In this document: piece after piece, positions 1-8,369 of the stretch
Layout: each line of letters begins with the position of its first letter
Numbering within the stretch: position 1 is the stretch's first letter
NCBI GenBank assembly: GCA_910584725.1
Contig: CAJUBE010000006.1
Coordinates: 14,801 to 78,800 of the forward strand
Origin: an uncultured Lachnospiraceae bacterium
GTDB taxonomy: Bacteria > Bacillota > Clostridia > Lachnospirales > Lachnospiraceae
Length of the DNA: 64,000 nucleotides
Reading direction: 5' to 3'
Made by a program: the position numbers and the translations under genes
Notes under the pieces: generated by a model
Database searches by the model: none
The model's input: only the letters and a program-made list of their open reading frames with translations
What the model was told of the DNA's origin: nothing

Positions 1-866
1 TTCTTCTCCAGATTTTCCTCCGTGCCGGAACGGATCAGCATAATTGAAGAAATCACCGTAATAATTTCCAGATAATTCATCATATATCTTTTCAGCTTAC
101 CCTTCCCGTATATCTTCGCTTTCTTTTCCACGAGATAATCAATCATAATCTTATTGACCTTGATCTGCTGGTCAATTCTGCCGATCATTATCTCCTCGTT
201 GACCGACTGTCCCTCCCTGCCTATATAATAACGATAAAAATTCACATCGAGATAATACATGTTTTTCACAAAGGGCAGCGGCTCAAACACAAAAATGTTG
301 TCTACATAGAAAGTGTTTTCCGGCAGCTCAAGTCCGCACTCCCGAAGGAGCTTCGTGCGGAAAATCACGGAATGCATGAGAATATACTGTCCCTTATGAA
401 AATGCTTCACCTCATTCCAGCCGAATATTCTGTCCTGCGGAAGCGCATGATGATATTTCATCACCTTATGCTTCTTTTCGCCCTCTTTCTCATAGACAAA
501 ATTGCTGACAAGCATATCAAGCGTCGTGTCCCCCGCGATGATATCCCGCAGCACCTCAAGAATTTTCAGGTAAGCGCTCTCCTTCACCCAGTCGTCGCTG
601 TCCACAACCTTATAGTACAGGCCGGAAGCACAGGCAAGCCCTGCATTTACAGCTGATCCATGCCCACCGTTTTTCTTGTGGATCACCTTAACAATGGAAG
701 GGTAAAGCCTCTCGTAAGCGTCCGCGATCTCCCCCGTCCCGTCAGTGGATCCGTCGTCCACAATCAATATTTCCACATCCTCGCCGCCGGGCAGCAGCGA
801 CTCGATGCACTTTTTCATATAGTTTTCTGAGTTATAACAAGGTATTGCAACCGATAACAATTTCAT
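1..866 (-). CDS. family 2 glycosyltransferase (3' end runs off the window)
   Basis: Reverse translation from ATG at 864-866 reads MKLLSVAIPCYNSENYMKKCIESLLPGGEDVEILIVDDGSTDGT...NGGHGSAVNAG...VVDSDDW, a typical GT-A/GT2 N-terminus. It is absent from the ORF track because no stop lies in the window. Confidence 0.8.
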   Translation of the reverse strand, partial: MKLLSVAIPCYNSENYMKKCIESLLPGGEDVEILIVDDGSTDGTGEIADAYERLYPSIVKVIHKKNGGHGSAVNAGLACASGLYYKVVDSDDWVKESAYLKILEVLRDIIAGDTTLDMLVSNFVYEKEGEKKHKVMKYHHALPQDRIFGWNEVKHFHKGQYILMHSVIFRTKLLRECGLELPENTFYVDNIFVFEPLPFVKNMYYLDVNFYRYYIGREGQSVNEEIMIGRIDQQIKVNKIMIDYLVEKKAKIYGKGKLKRYMMNYLEIITVISSIMLIRSGTEENLEK

Positions 867-1091
867 GCCAAAATATCCATGCCTTTCTCTATTCTGATTG
901 TACGGGCAGCTTTTGGGGCCGTCCGACTTTTGTCTATTCTAGCATAAAAATTCTCGTATATTGTTACAGAATTCTTATATTTTCCTTATTTTTCAAGCCG
1001 TTCCGTCTTTGACCTCCCGCACCCGGGCTCCGCCTGATGCACAGACGCCTGCCTCATCCGCAAAACGGCCAAAAGCAAAACTGCCTCTAAC

Positions 1092-2852
1092 TTACCTGTT
1101 CCTTCCCCGCCGCAGCTCCACCCGCTCCGCGTATGCGGCAAAAGCGGACGGTATCGGATATTCTGTCCGCGTCTGCTCCGGCTCCACAAAGATAAAGCCC
1201 TCCGGTTCCTGTCCTGACCCTTTCACGGCAAGCTCGTCCACCCGGATCAGATACCCCGTCATATGCCATTCTTTGTGGGTAAACACATGCTTCGCCGGCG
1301 GAAGCTTTCGGATTCTGATCGGTGAAAGGCCGATCTCTTTCAAATAAGCGCCGACGCCCGCCTCCTCACAGTGTCCCTCCAGGGAGGGAAATTCATACAT
1401 ACCTGCCAAAAGTCCTTTCTCCGGCCTCTTTCGAAGCGCTACCCTCTCCGCGTCCTGTATGACCAGAATGGTCTTTTCCTCGATGCTTCTCGGCTTCTTT
1501 TTCGCCTTCTTCGGAAACTCCGCCTCCCTTCCCTCCGCCCTTGCAAGACACAGTTCGTTCCAGGGGCACATCCCGCACTTCGGCGCACCGTTCGGTATGC
1601 ATACCATAGCTCCAAGCTCCATTAACGCCTGATTGAAGTCTCCGGGACGATCTGCCGGCATCACGTCGAGCAGTTCGTCCTCCACGGACTTTTTCACCTT
1701 AGCACTCAGAATATCCCTGTCATCCTCCCGCAGCCTTGAGAGAATCCGCAGCACATTGCCATCCACTGCGGGGTATGGCCGTCCGAAAGCGATAGATGAA
1801 ACGGCTCCCGCCGTATAGCTGCCGATCCCCGGAAGTGCCTGTATTTTCTCATAATCGTCAGGCATTTCTCCGCCGTATTCGGAGACGAGAATTTCCGCCG
1901 CTTTTTTCAGGTTTCTGGCCCTGTTGTAGTAACCGAGCCCCTCCCAAAGTTTGAGCAGCTTCTCCTCCTCCACGGCTGCCAGACTCCTTATATCGGGCAG
2001 TGCCTGCAAAAATCGGTCGTAGTAAGGCTTCACTGCCTCCACCCGGGTCTGCTGCAGCATAATCTCCGAGAGCCACACGTGATAGGGCGTCGGCTCCTCC
2101 CTCCACGGCAGGACGCGCCTTCCCCTGTCATACCATGCAAGCAGCGGTTTTGCAATCCTGTCAAGGCTGTCCAGAAAAACAGGAACAGGCGCATCCATTT
2201 TCAGGCTGTCCTCCCCCACAAGGCAGTCGTATGCGAGAAGCCGCACGCCCGCTTTTCTGGCCCGCTTGAGTGCTTCGCCAAAGGCCGGCTGGGTATCCCA
2301 ATTCGGCTCCAGACAACAGACCCCTTTCATCTGAACCACAAACAGCAGATACGCTTCATAACCCTGCCTGCGCGCTTCCACCAGTTCTTCCACATGTTTG
2401 ACCGCACGCTCGGAAGGCGCATCCGGGAAAGCCGCCACCCCTTCCCGCTCCAGCGTCACGCCCTTGACCTCAACGTAAGCCTGCCGCCCGGATGCACTCT
2501 CCACATAGAAATCAAACCGGGAGCTGCCGAAGGTTTTCTCCGGCCTGACCAGACTGACGTCCTCATAGAGTCCGCCTGCCCGCAGCCACTCACCCGCCAC
2601 TTTGTTCGGCGCGTTGGAGTCCATGTTGACCAGACGGCCTTCCTTCTCCACAGCCACAAGATCATACGCCGTGGCGCGTGCTGCATTCCCGCTCTTTTCC
2701 AGATATACCCTGGCATGATCTGTCAAAAGCTCCCGGCATCTGCCCGTATTCTTTACATGCACTTTCGTCCTCGCGCCCATCAGATCCACATAGGCGACAA
2801 AGCGGTTTGGACGCTCTATAAACTCCGCGGAGACAATCTCTGTATACTTCAT
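1092..2852 (-). CDS. mutY: SfsA-like (OB + PD-(D/E)XK-like) domain fused in frame to A/G-specific adenine glycosylase MutY
   Basis: The N-terminal ~225 aa (MKYTEIVSAEFIERPNRFVAYVDL...VKNTGRCRELL...YVEVKGVTL) looks like SfsA. The rest (LLAWYDRGRRVLPWRE...WLSEIMLQQTRVEAV..., HhH-GPD, CGMCPWNELCLA 4Fe-4S loop, NUDIX-like C-terminus) looks like MutY. It is one uninterrupted 586-codon ORF. Confidence 0.85.
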   Translation of the reverse strand: MKYTEIVSAEFIERPNRFVAYVDLMGARTKVHVKNTGRCRELLTDHARVYLEKSGNAARATAYDLVAVEKEGRLVNMDSNAPNKVAGEWLRAGGLYEDVSLVRPEKTFGSSRFDFYVESASGRQAYVEVKGVTLEREGVAAFPDAPSERAVKHVEELVEARRQGYEAYLLFVVQMKGVCCLEPNWDTQPAFGEALKRARKAGVRLLAYDCLVGEDSLKMDAPVPVFLDSLDRIAKPLLAWYDRGRRVLPWREEPTPYHVWLSEIMLQQTRVEAVKPYYDRFLQALPDIRSLAAVEEEKLLKLWEGLGYYNRARNLKKAAEILVSEYGGEMPDDYEKIQALPGIGSYTAGAVSSIAFGRPYPAVDGNVLRILSRLREDDRDILSAKVKKSVEDELLDVMPADRPGDFNQALMELGAMVCIPNGAPKCGMCPWNELCLARAEGREAEFPKKAKKKPRSIEEKTILVIQDAERVALRKRPEKGLLAGMYEFPSLEGHCEEAGVGAYLKEIGLSPIRIRKLPPAKHVFTHKEWHMTGYLIRVDELAVKGSGQEPEGFIFVEPEQTRTEYPIPSAFAAYAERVELRRGRNR

Positions 2853-2865
2853 ATCCTGCTCCCAT

Positions 2866-2884
2866 GATTCCGCATCGCGGAATC
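2866..2884. repeat. GATTCCGC-N3-GCGGAATC hairpin (module A of the intergenic repeat family), just upstream of the sfsA-mutY RBS
   Basis: gattccgcatcgcggaatc has an 8-bp perfect stem. The same palindrome recurs at 12438-12456, 13515-13533 and 49249-49263. Confidence 0.8.
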
Positions 2885-2890
2885 TTTCCT

Positions 2891-3832
2891 TTAGCTGCTG
2901 TCCTTCGCCTCTATCTCCCCGACAGATTCTCTATTCTTATAGGGCACCCGGGCTGCGGGCACCACCTCGGAAGCCGGGAGCGTGTGCGCGGACTGGTCAT
3001 CAAAGAATATATGCGCGCCGAACGCCTGCAGCACATCCTTCTTTCGGATTCCGCCCAAAAAGAACACTTCGTCGATACGCACATCCCACGCCCGGAGCGT
3101 GCGGATAACACGCTCGTGTGCCGGCGCGCATCTGGTCGTGACAAGCGCAGTTCTGATAGGGCTCTCTTTCTCCGAGTAATTTTTCTGCAGCTCTGACAAA
3201 GTCTTCAAAAATTTTGCAAAGGGCCCTGCCTGCAGAGGGTTATCTGCATTCCGTCTCTCGTTTTCCTCAAATGCCTCCAAACCCTGTTCCTGAAAAATTC
3301 TTTCTGACTCATCCGAAAAGAGCACCGCATCGCCGTCAAAAGCCACTCTGATCTGCCTTATCCTGTGGTCGCAGTCATAGGTCGTAATGCCTTCCGTGCA
3401 GATGATGCCAGCCGCAATATTCGAATCAATGGCCCGCTGTACATCCTCCTCGCAGGCCGACAGAAAAAGATCTGTCTTAAATGCCGTCAGATACGGGGCG
3501 AGCGATGCTCCTCCCGCCAACACCGCACGGGTGATCCGCAGGCCGTAATGCTCAATCGCCTTAAAAACCCGCAGAGAGGTGTCCGGGCTGTTTCTGGACA
3601 TAATAATCACCTCTACGCGCCCCTCCATGCCCGGCAGTTCATTCAGATTCAGAAGCGCCCGCACCAGCGGAAATCCGGGCCCGGGCTGAAGAAGTTCATC
3701 CTCATGTTCCACCTGATAGCGGCTGTACGCTTCCATGCCTTCTTCCTCAAATATTTTATTCTCAAATGTCAAATCAAACAATGTTCTGGATGAAACGCCA
3801 ACCACAAGTTTGTTTTCCAGTTCGTAAGCCAT
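2891..3832 (-). CDS. 5'-nucleotidase family protein (PF06189-like)
   Basis: MAYELENKLVVGVSSRTLFDLTFENKIFEEEGMEAYSRYQVEHEDELLQPGPGFPLVRALLNLN...IIMSRNSPDTSLRVFKAIEHYGL matches my memory of this family. The start is set at the internal ATG (MAYE). Confidence 0.55.
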   Translation of the reverse strand: MAYELENKLVVGVSSRTLFDLTFENKIFEEEGMEAYSRYQVEHEDELLQPGPGFPLVRALLNLNELPGMEGRVEVIIMSRNSPDTSLRVFKAIEHYGLRITRAVLAGGASLAPYLTAFKTDLFLSACEEDVQRAIDSNIAAGIICTEGITTYDCDHRIRQIRVAFDGDAVLFSDESERIFQEQGLEAFEENERRNADNPLQAGPFAKFLKTLSELQKNYSEKESPIRTALVTTRCAPAHERVIRTLRAWDVRIDEVFFLGGIRKKDVLQAFGAHIFFDDQSAHTLPASEVVPAARVPYKNRESVGEIEAKDSS

Positions 3833-3884
3833 AATACACCCCCATCCGTGATCTCTCCGGCGGGGCTTTGCAGCAGACAACTGA

Positions 3885-4517
3885 CTATCTCAATCTGTTG
3901 CACTCAAATTTCTCAAAGGTGCGCAGACAATTCCTAAGCTCCATATATCTGTCCTCCACATCCCCCTCCTTAATCTCCAGATCTGACGATACCGCCATGG
4001 TATTAATCATATCGTCCGTGATCCGGTTATGGAGAGAGTCGAGAATCGTAAGCTTCTGCTCATAGGAATCCGCGTCAAGAAACGCCAACACCAGAGGATC
4101 AATATTCAGTTGTTCTTCCTCCGGCACGGCCTCCGCCGGCGCCGCCCCTGTGGAAACCGCTTCGGGCACGGCAGGCTCCGCGACATAATCCGCTTCCCTC
4201 TTATCTCCCATCGCGTCTTTCGGTAAACCTGCAGACTCCTCCCGCCCGGGAATCTCCGTCAAAATAGCAGGCTCCTCGTCCTCTATATCCTGCAGAAGTT
4301 CAAAGCGGTATCTCTGTCTGGCATCGGGATATTTCCCACGGTCTACCTCCTCCATAAACATGGACAGCGGCCGTACATATATCTCAAAAGTGCCGTACAT
4401 CGCCTGATAAACCACCATCAGTTCCCTCGTCTCGCTGTGCTTCGCAAGACAGCGGATCTGATATAAATTGCCCTTAAAATGTCTGTACATTTCCTGTGGT
4501 CTGGGATTATGTCTCAT
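3885..4517 (-). CDS. DUF1653 domain protein with an acidic C-terminal extension
   Basis: The N-terminus YRHFKGNLYQIRCLAKHSETRELMVVYQAMYGTFEIYVRPLSMF is the DUF1653 signature. RBS aaaggaga lies upstream. Confidence 0.7.
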   Translation of the reverse strand: MRHNPRPQEMYRHFKGNLYQIRCLAKHSETRELMVVYQAMYGTFEIYVRPLSMFMEEVDRGKYPDARQRYRFELLQDIEDEEPAILTEIPGREESAGLPKDAMGDKREADYVAEPAVPEAVSTGAAPAEAVPEEEQLNIDPLVLAFLDADSYEQKLTILDSLHNRITDDMINTMAVSSDLEIKEGDVEDRYMELRNCLRTFEKFECNRLR

Positions 4518-4605
4518 AGAAATCTCCTTTATACGAAATTTTTCTCTACTAGTATAATCCCAAAACAGATAAATGTCTATCCACGGCGCAGACTTACCCC
4601 ATCAG

Positions 4606-4657
4606 CAAACGTTTGTTCTTTTATTCCCATTTTAGAACAAACGTTCCCATTCGTCAA
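4606..4657 (-). promoter_or_regulatory. sigma-A type promoter (TTGACG-17-TAAAAT) overlapped by two inverted LexA/Cheo-box-like sites
   Basis: Minus strand reads TTGACG aatgggaacgtttgttc TAAAAT. AGAACAAACGTTCC (4634-4647) matches 13/14 of CGAACRNRYGTTYC. AGAACAAACGTTTG (rc of 4606-4619) matches 12/14. Confidence 0.5.
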
Positions 4658-5013
4658 GTGTAAATAATGGAAAGATCCTCCACCTCAGCGCAAAACTCTG
4701 CACAGCGCAAGGCCTCAGAAAGCCGCTCCCTCTCGTCGTCGCCGAGACTTTTGATTCCCCTGTGGTGAATTTCCATCCGGTAACTTCTCTCACCGCCATT
4801 CTCTCTCGTCCAGGTGATCGTCACGCCGCTGTTTCGATACCCGCGCTCCTCCAGAATCCCTTTCGTCCTCTCTGTGAAAGCATCCTCGAGCAGCGCGTAT
4901 CTCTCATTTTCCTGTGTGTAATCCATCCGTTCCCTGCACATAACCGTCCCGCCCACACAGAAAGCGGCCACCAGAACAAGAAAAACCGTAATCATGCCTA
5001 ATCCCCTGTTCAT
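4654..5013 (-). CDS. hypothetical membrane-anchored protein
   Basis: 119-aa ORF with an N-terminal hydrophobic segment ITVFLVLVAAFCVGGTV. I recognise no family. Confidence 0.45.
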   Translation of the reverse strand: MNRGLGMITVFLVLVAAFCVGGTVMCRERMDYTQENERYALLEDAFTERTKGILEERGYRNSGVTITWTRENGGERSYRMEIHHRGIKSLGDDERERLSEALRCAEFCAEVEDLSIIYT

Positions 5014-5085
5014 CCATCACACCCCCTTGTTTAAAACCATTGCTTGAAAACACTATAGCATTTCATAAGTCCCATAAACGGGACG

Positions 5086-5127
5086 CAAAAAGGGACAGAA
5101 AATCTTTTTACAGACTTTCTGTCCCTC
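5086..5127 (-). terminator. intrinsic terminator downstream of 5158..5451
   Basis: 10-bp stem gggacagaaa/tttctgtccc (5092-5101 / 5116-5125), followed on the minus strand by TTTTT. Confidence 0.65.
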
Positions 5128-5157
5128 CGTATTTCCTATTTAGTTTACATAATACAT

Positions 5158-5451
5158 TTATTCCTCAATCGGCTTATATCTGTCAAAGATCTTGTCGCCG
5201 CCGCACACATGCCTTGAGCCGTCGCTCTCGGTAATGATATAATCGCCCTCGGCAATGAATGTCTTTCCTCTCTTATGGATGATATAGGGACATACAATCG
5301 CGCCGTTATCCTTCTTGATCTGGACAAGGGCATCCGTGACAAACCAGCCTCTTGTCATCACATCCGTCCACAGCTCGACGCCGTCCTCCATGCCCTTACC
5401 GACCTCATATTTCTCCACTTCCACCTCAAAAGCCGCACGTATACATTTCAT
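5158..5451 (-). CDS. hypothetical small protein
   Basis: 97-aa ORF followed by a terminator. No recognisable motif. Confidence 0.45.
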   Translation of the reverse strand: MKCIRAAFEVEVEKYEVGKGMEDGVELWTDVMTRGWFVTDALVQIKKDNGAIVCPYIIHKRGKTFIAEGDYIITESDGSRHVCGGDKIFDRYKPIEE

Positions 5452-5488
5452 AACAAATTCCTCCTTTCACCTTTCGTACCGCCGCATA

Positions 5489-6100
5489 TTACCGCTCTAT
5501 CGCTTCCTTCAGGGCGTCAAACAGCTCCTCATACGTCTCATAAGCGGGTATCTGCGGATAATCTTTCTTGATCTGCTCCGTACTCTTAAACAAAAATCCT
5601 GCCTTTCCCGCCTGAATCATAGCCAGATCGTTATGGCTGTCCCCGGCGGCAATCGTCTCATACCCGATAGACTGTAACGCCTTCACCGTGGTGAGTTTGG
5701 ACTCTTTGACACGCATCTTAAACCCTGTGATCTCCCCATCCGGCGCAACCTCCAGGGAATTGCAAAAAATCGTCGGCAGACCGAGCTTTTCCATCAGCGG
5801 TCCCGCAAACTGGGTAAAGGTATCGCTGATGATGATAACCTGTGTCATGCGCCTCAACTTATCCAGAAACTCCTTCGCGCCCGGAAGCGGGTCTATCTTC
5901 GAGATCGTCTCCTGAATCTCCTTAAGCCCCAGTCCGTGCTCCCGCAAAATGCCGAGCCGCCAGTTCATCAGCTTATCATAATCAGGCTCGTCCCTCGTCG
6001 TTCTGGTAAGCTCCGGAATGCCGCTCTCCTTCGCAAAAGCAATCCAGATCTCCGGCACCAGCACACCCTCCAGATCCAGACAAACAATATACATACTCAT
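5489..6100 (-). CDS. thrH: phosphoserine phosphatase / homoserine phosphotransferase ThrH (HAD family)
   Basis: MSMYIVCLDLEGVLVPEIWIAFAKESGIPELTRTTRDEPDYDKLM...IIISDTF...AAGDSHND closely resembles Pseudomonas ThrH. The start is set at the internal ATG preceded by GGAGG. Confidence 0.8.
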   Translation of the reverse strand: MSMYIVCLDLEGVLVPEIWIAFAKESGIPELTRTTRDEPDYDKLMNWRLGILREHGLGLKEIQETISKIDPLPGAKEFLDKLRRMTQVIIISDTFTQFAGPLMEKLGLPTIFCNSLEVAPDGEITGFKMRVKESKLTTVKALQSIGYETIAAGDSHNDLAMIQAGKAGFLFKSTEQIKKDYPQIPAYETYEELFDALKEAIER

Positions 6101-6298
6101 GTCATGCCTCCAATTATCTCTCATGTAAGTAAATGACGGTAAATAATCATTCCATTCACTATTGTACTGTAAATATACCCTTTTGCGCAACCGGAAGTTT
6201 TTCACCCGCCGGAAAACATCTTCCTGCCTGTGGATTTTTGCCGGCTCCATGCCGCTGCCAACAGCCAGAAATTTCTCACAGCTGTGCATCTCAAGCCT

Positions 6299-7300
6299 CT
6301 ATAGGTTTTTCGCCTTCCCCGGCTGCCTGCTGCTTTTCACGATCAAAAGCTCCACGCTCATCACGTCGTTCATCCTGCCCGTCTTGACTGCCTCCTCCGT
6401 CTCCACACAGTCCGTCAGCGCCCGCTTTAACTCCGCCTCCTTAAATTTCGCCGCCTGACTGACATATTTCCCGGCGATAAAGCCCTTCAGCCCCACTTTC
6501 TCACCGATGCTGCGCGTGTCATACCCTTTGTTCTTCAGCTCCTTCACCTGCAAAAGCAGGTTAAACTGTCTGGCGATCAGAAACAGAATCCGCATGGGCG
6601 GCTCCTTTAAGGTCAGCAGGTCATAGTACAGCTCCATCGCCTTCTTCTGCTTTTTGTCCGCCACCGCCTCCACCATGTCAAAGATGCGGCTGTCGATCTG
6701 CCGGACGCAGACCGCCTCGATGTCCTGCGCCGTAACCACGTCCCGCTCCAAGGCGTAACAGACCAGTTTTTCCACCTCGCCGCGGATATTTTCCATATCC
6801 GTACCCGTCTTTTCCAGAAAATAGTCAAGATCCCGCTGGGTGATCCGCTTTCCATCCTTCATGAGCAGTTCCGCAACCCAGCGTTTCAGCACACCGTCAT
6901 CGGGCGTTTTGCACTCGATCACCCGTCCCTTTGCGGCGACCGCCTTGTAGAGTTTACTCCGCTTATCGACCTCCGCCTCCACGAACAGGAAATAGGCGCT
7001 GGGCGCAGGGTCTGCCAGATACGCCGCAAGATCCTCGCCGCCCTTCTTGAAAAAACCGCTGTTCTCTATGACAAGAACCCGTCTCTCGGCAAGAAACGGC
7101 ATGGTCTGCGCCAGATCGATCACCTCTCCCGGCACGATGCCTTTCCCCTCGAAACAGTTCAGGTTCATCAGGTCACCGTCCCCCATAAGCGCCTTCTTCA
7201 CCCTGTCCCTGTACTGTCTGCGCAGGTACGCCTCATCCCCGCACAGAAGATATGCCTGTTTTAATGTCCCTTCCCGGATTTCTTCGTTTAACTTTTTCAT
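6299..7300 (-). CDS. holA: DNA polymerase III delta subunit
   Basis: The 333-aa length, the N-terminus LKQAYLLCGDEAYLRRQ and the position downstream of comEC are typical of Firmicute holA. Confidence 0.85.
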   Translation of the reverse strand: MKKLNEEIREGTLKQAYLLCGDEAYLRRQYRDRVKKALMGDGDLMNLNCFEGKGIVPGEVIDLAQTMPFLAERRVLVIENSGFFKKGGEDLAAYLADPAPSAYFLFVEAEVDKRSKLYKAVAAKGRVIECKTPDDGVLKRWVAELLMKDGKRITQRDLDYFLEKTGTDMENIRGEVEKLVCYALERDVVTAQDIEAVCVRQIDSRIFDMVEAVADKKQKKAMELYYDLLTLKEPPMRILFLIARQFNLLLQVKELKNKGYDTRSIGEKVGLKGFIAGKYVSQAAKFKEAELKRALTDCVETEEAVKTGRMNDVMSVELLIVKSSRQPGKAKNL

Positions 7301-7352
7301 AATTAACAGTATAATCTGTCATTCGGCAAAAAACAACTCTGTTTCAAAAGGT

Positions 7353-8369
7353 CTAAAACCGGTGTCCGCCTCCGCCGCCGCTTCGACCGCCTCCCCGGCT
7401 TCCACCGCTGCTCCGGCTGCTGCCGCTGCCACTCCGGCTTCCGCCGCTGCTGCCGCTGCTTCTCGGGCGGTAAGTGCGGCTCTCCCGGACAAAAAACGCC
7501 TGCGGCTCCGTATAGCGAAAATAATTCCCGGCGTTCCCCAGCATCTCTCGTCTGCGGGGTTTCCCGATCCGTGTGGCAAAACACACCAGACCATAGTTTA
7601 ACAGCAGCGCCAGAATCATTGCAAGCAGGGCGTTGCTGATATATTTCATGGGCTGGGCAATCCGATTTCCCTCAAGAAGCGCAAACGCCTGCCCGTATAC
7701 CTGCACCGCGCATTGATAATAGTCGCCGCCTGTGGCATAGGGGTACACATTGTCCGTGATCGTATCGGCATAGGATTCGGTGACCACCCGGTAGACATCC
7801 CCGTCACAGTGTATCCACAGCATACGGTTGTCCATATCGATCAGCAGGAGAATGCCGCTGTCGGTACCGACCTTTTCTCTGTAATACTCCCCCGCGTAGG
7901 ACGCCGTATTCCAGACGCTGCTGTCCGTGGTCTTAAAAATAGCATTTCCGTAGGCCGTGATATCCTCCATCGCCGACGCCAGTTCCCGCTTTTCCCCGGC
8001 ATCCAGAAGCTGCGCGCTGTCTTCCACGAACACCTTGTAGCCCGTATCTGGATTTATGTAAACCTCTTTGCCGGAATCCTCGCCCTCCGTCTGATTTATG
8101 TAAACTAATTCGCCGGAATCAATGTCCTCTTCTTGATTTATGTAAACTTGTTCATTTTCAACCGGGTTTTCATTCTCATTTATGTAAACCTCTTCGTCGA
8201 CATCCGTCTCTGTCTCCCCATCTTCCGCCACAAACTGATAAAATGTCCCGGCGCCATTCAATTGGTGCAGCTTCACGCTCATTTCCACAAAGGTAAAGAT
8301 CACAACTACCACAAGGGTGAGCAGGGCACATAGCAGAATCCTTCGTCTCAATTTATGATTCTCAGACAT
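7353..8369 (-). CDS. TPM-domain membrane protein with 4 x 14-aa VYIN repeats and a Gly/Ser/Arg-rich tail
   Basis: N-terminal TM segment, then a TPM-like core (FVEDSAQLLDAGEKRELASAMEDITAYGNAIF...ILLLIDMDNRMLWI), a second TM segment and the tail SSGSSGGSRSGSGSSRSSGGSRGGG. The start ATG at 8369 (alternative 8375) overlaps the upstream stop as ATGTCTGA. Confidence 0.7.
   Translation of the reverse strand: MSENHKLRRRILLCALLTLVVVVIFTFVEMSVKLHQLNGAGTFYQFVAEDGETETDVDEEVYINENENPVENEQVYINQEEDIDSGELVYINQTEGEDSGKEVYINPDTGYKVFVEDSAQLLDAGEKRELASAMEDITAYGNAIFKTTDSSVWNTASYAGEYYREKVGTDSGILLLIDMDNRMLWIHCDGDVYRVVTESYADTITDNVYPYATGGDYYQCAVQVYGQAFALLEGNRIAQPMKYISNALLAMILALLLNYGLVCFATRIGKPRRREMLGNAGNYFRYTEPQAFFVRESRTYRPRSSGSSGGSRSGSGSSRSSGGSRGGGRSGGGGGHRF

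Noticed and set aside
4608-4645. 12-bp inverted repeat read as the intrinsic terminator of ORF 4654..5013
   Set aside because: On the transcribed (minus) strand the stem is followed by ugcugaugggg, not a U-tract. Both arms fit the LexA/Cheo box and straddle a TTGACG-17-TAAAAT promoter. A terminator role is not fully excluded.
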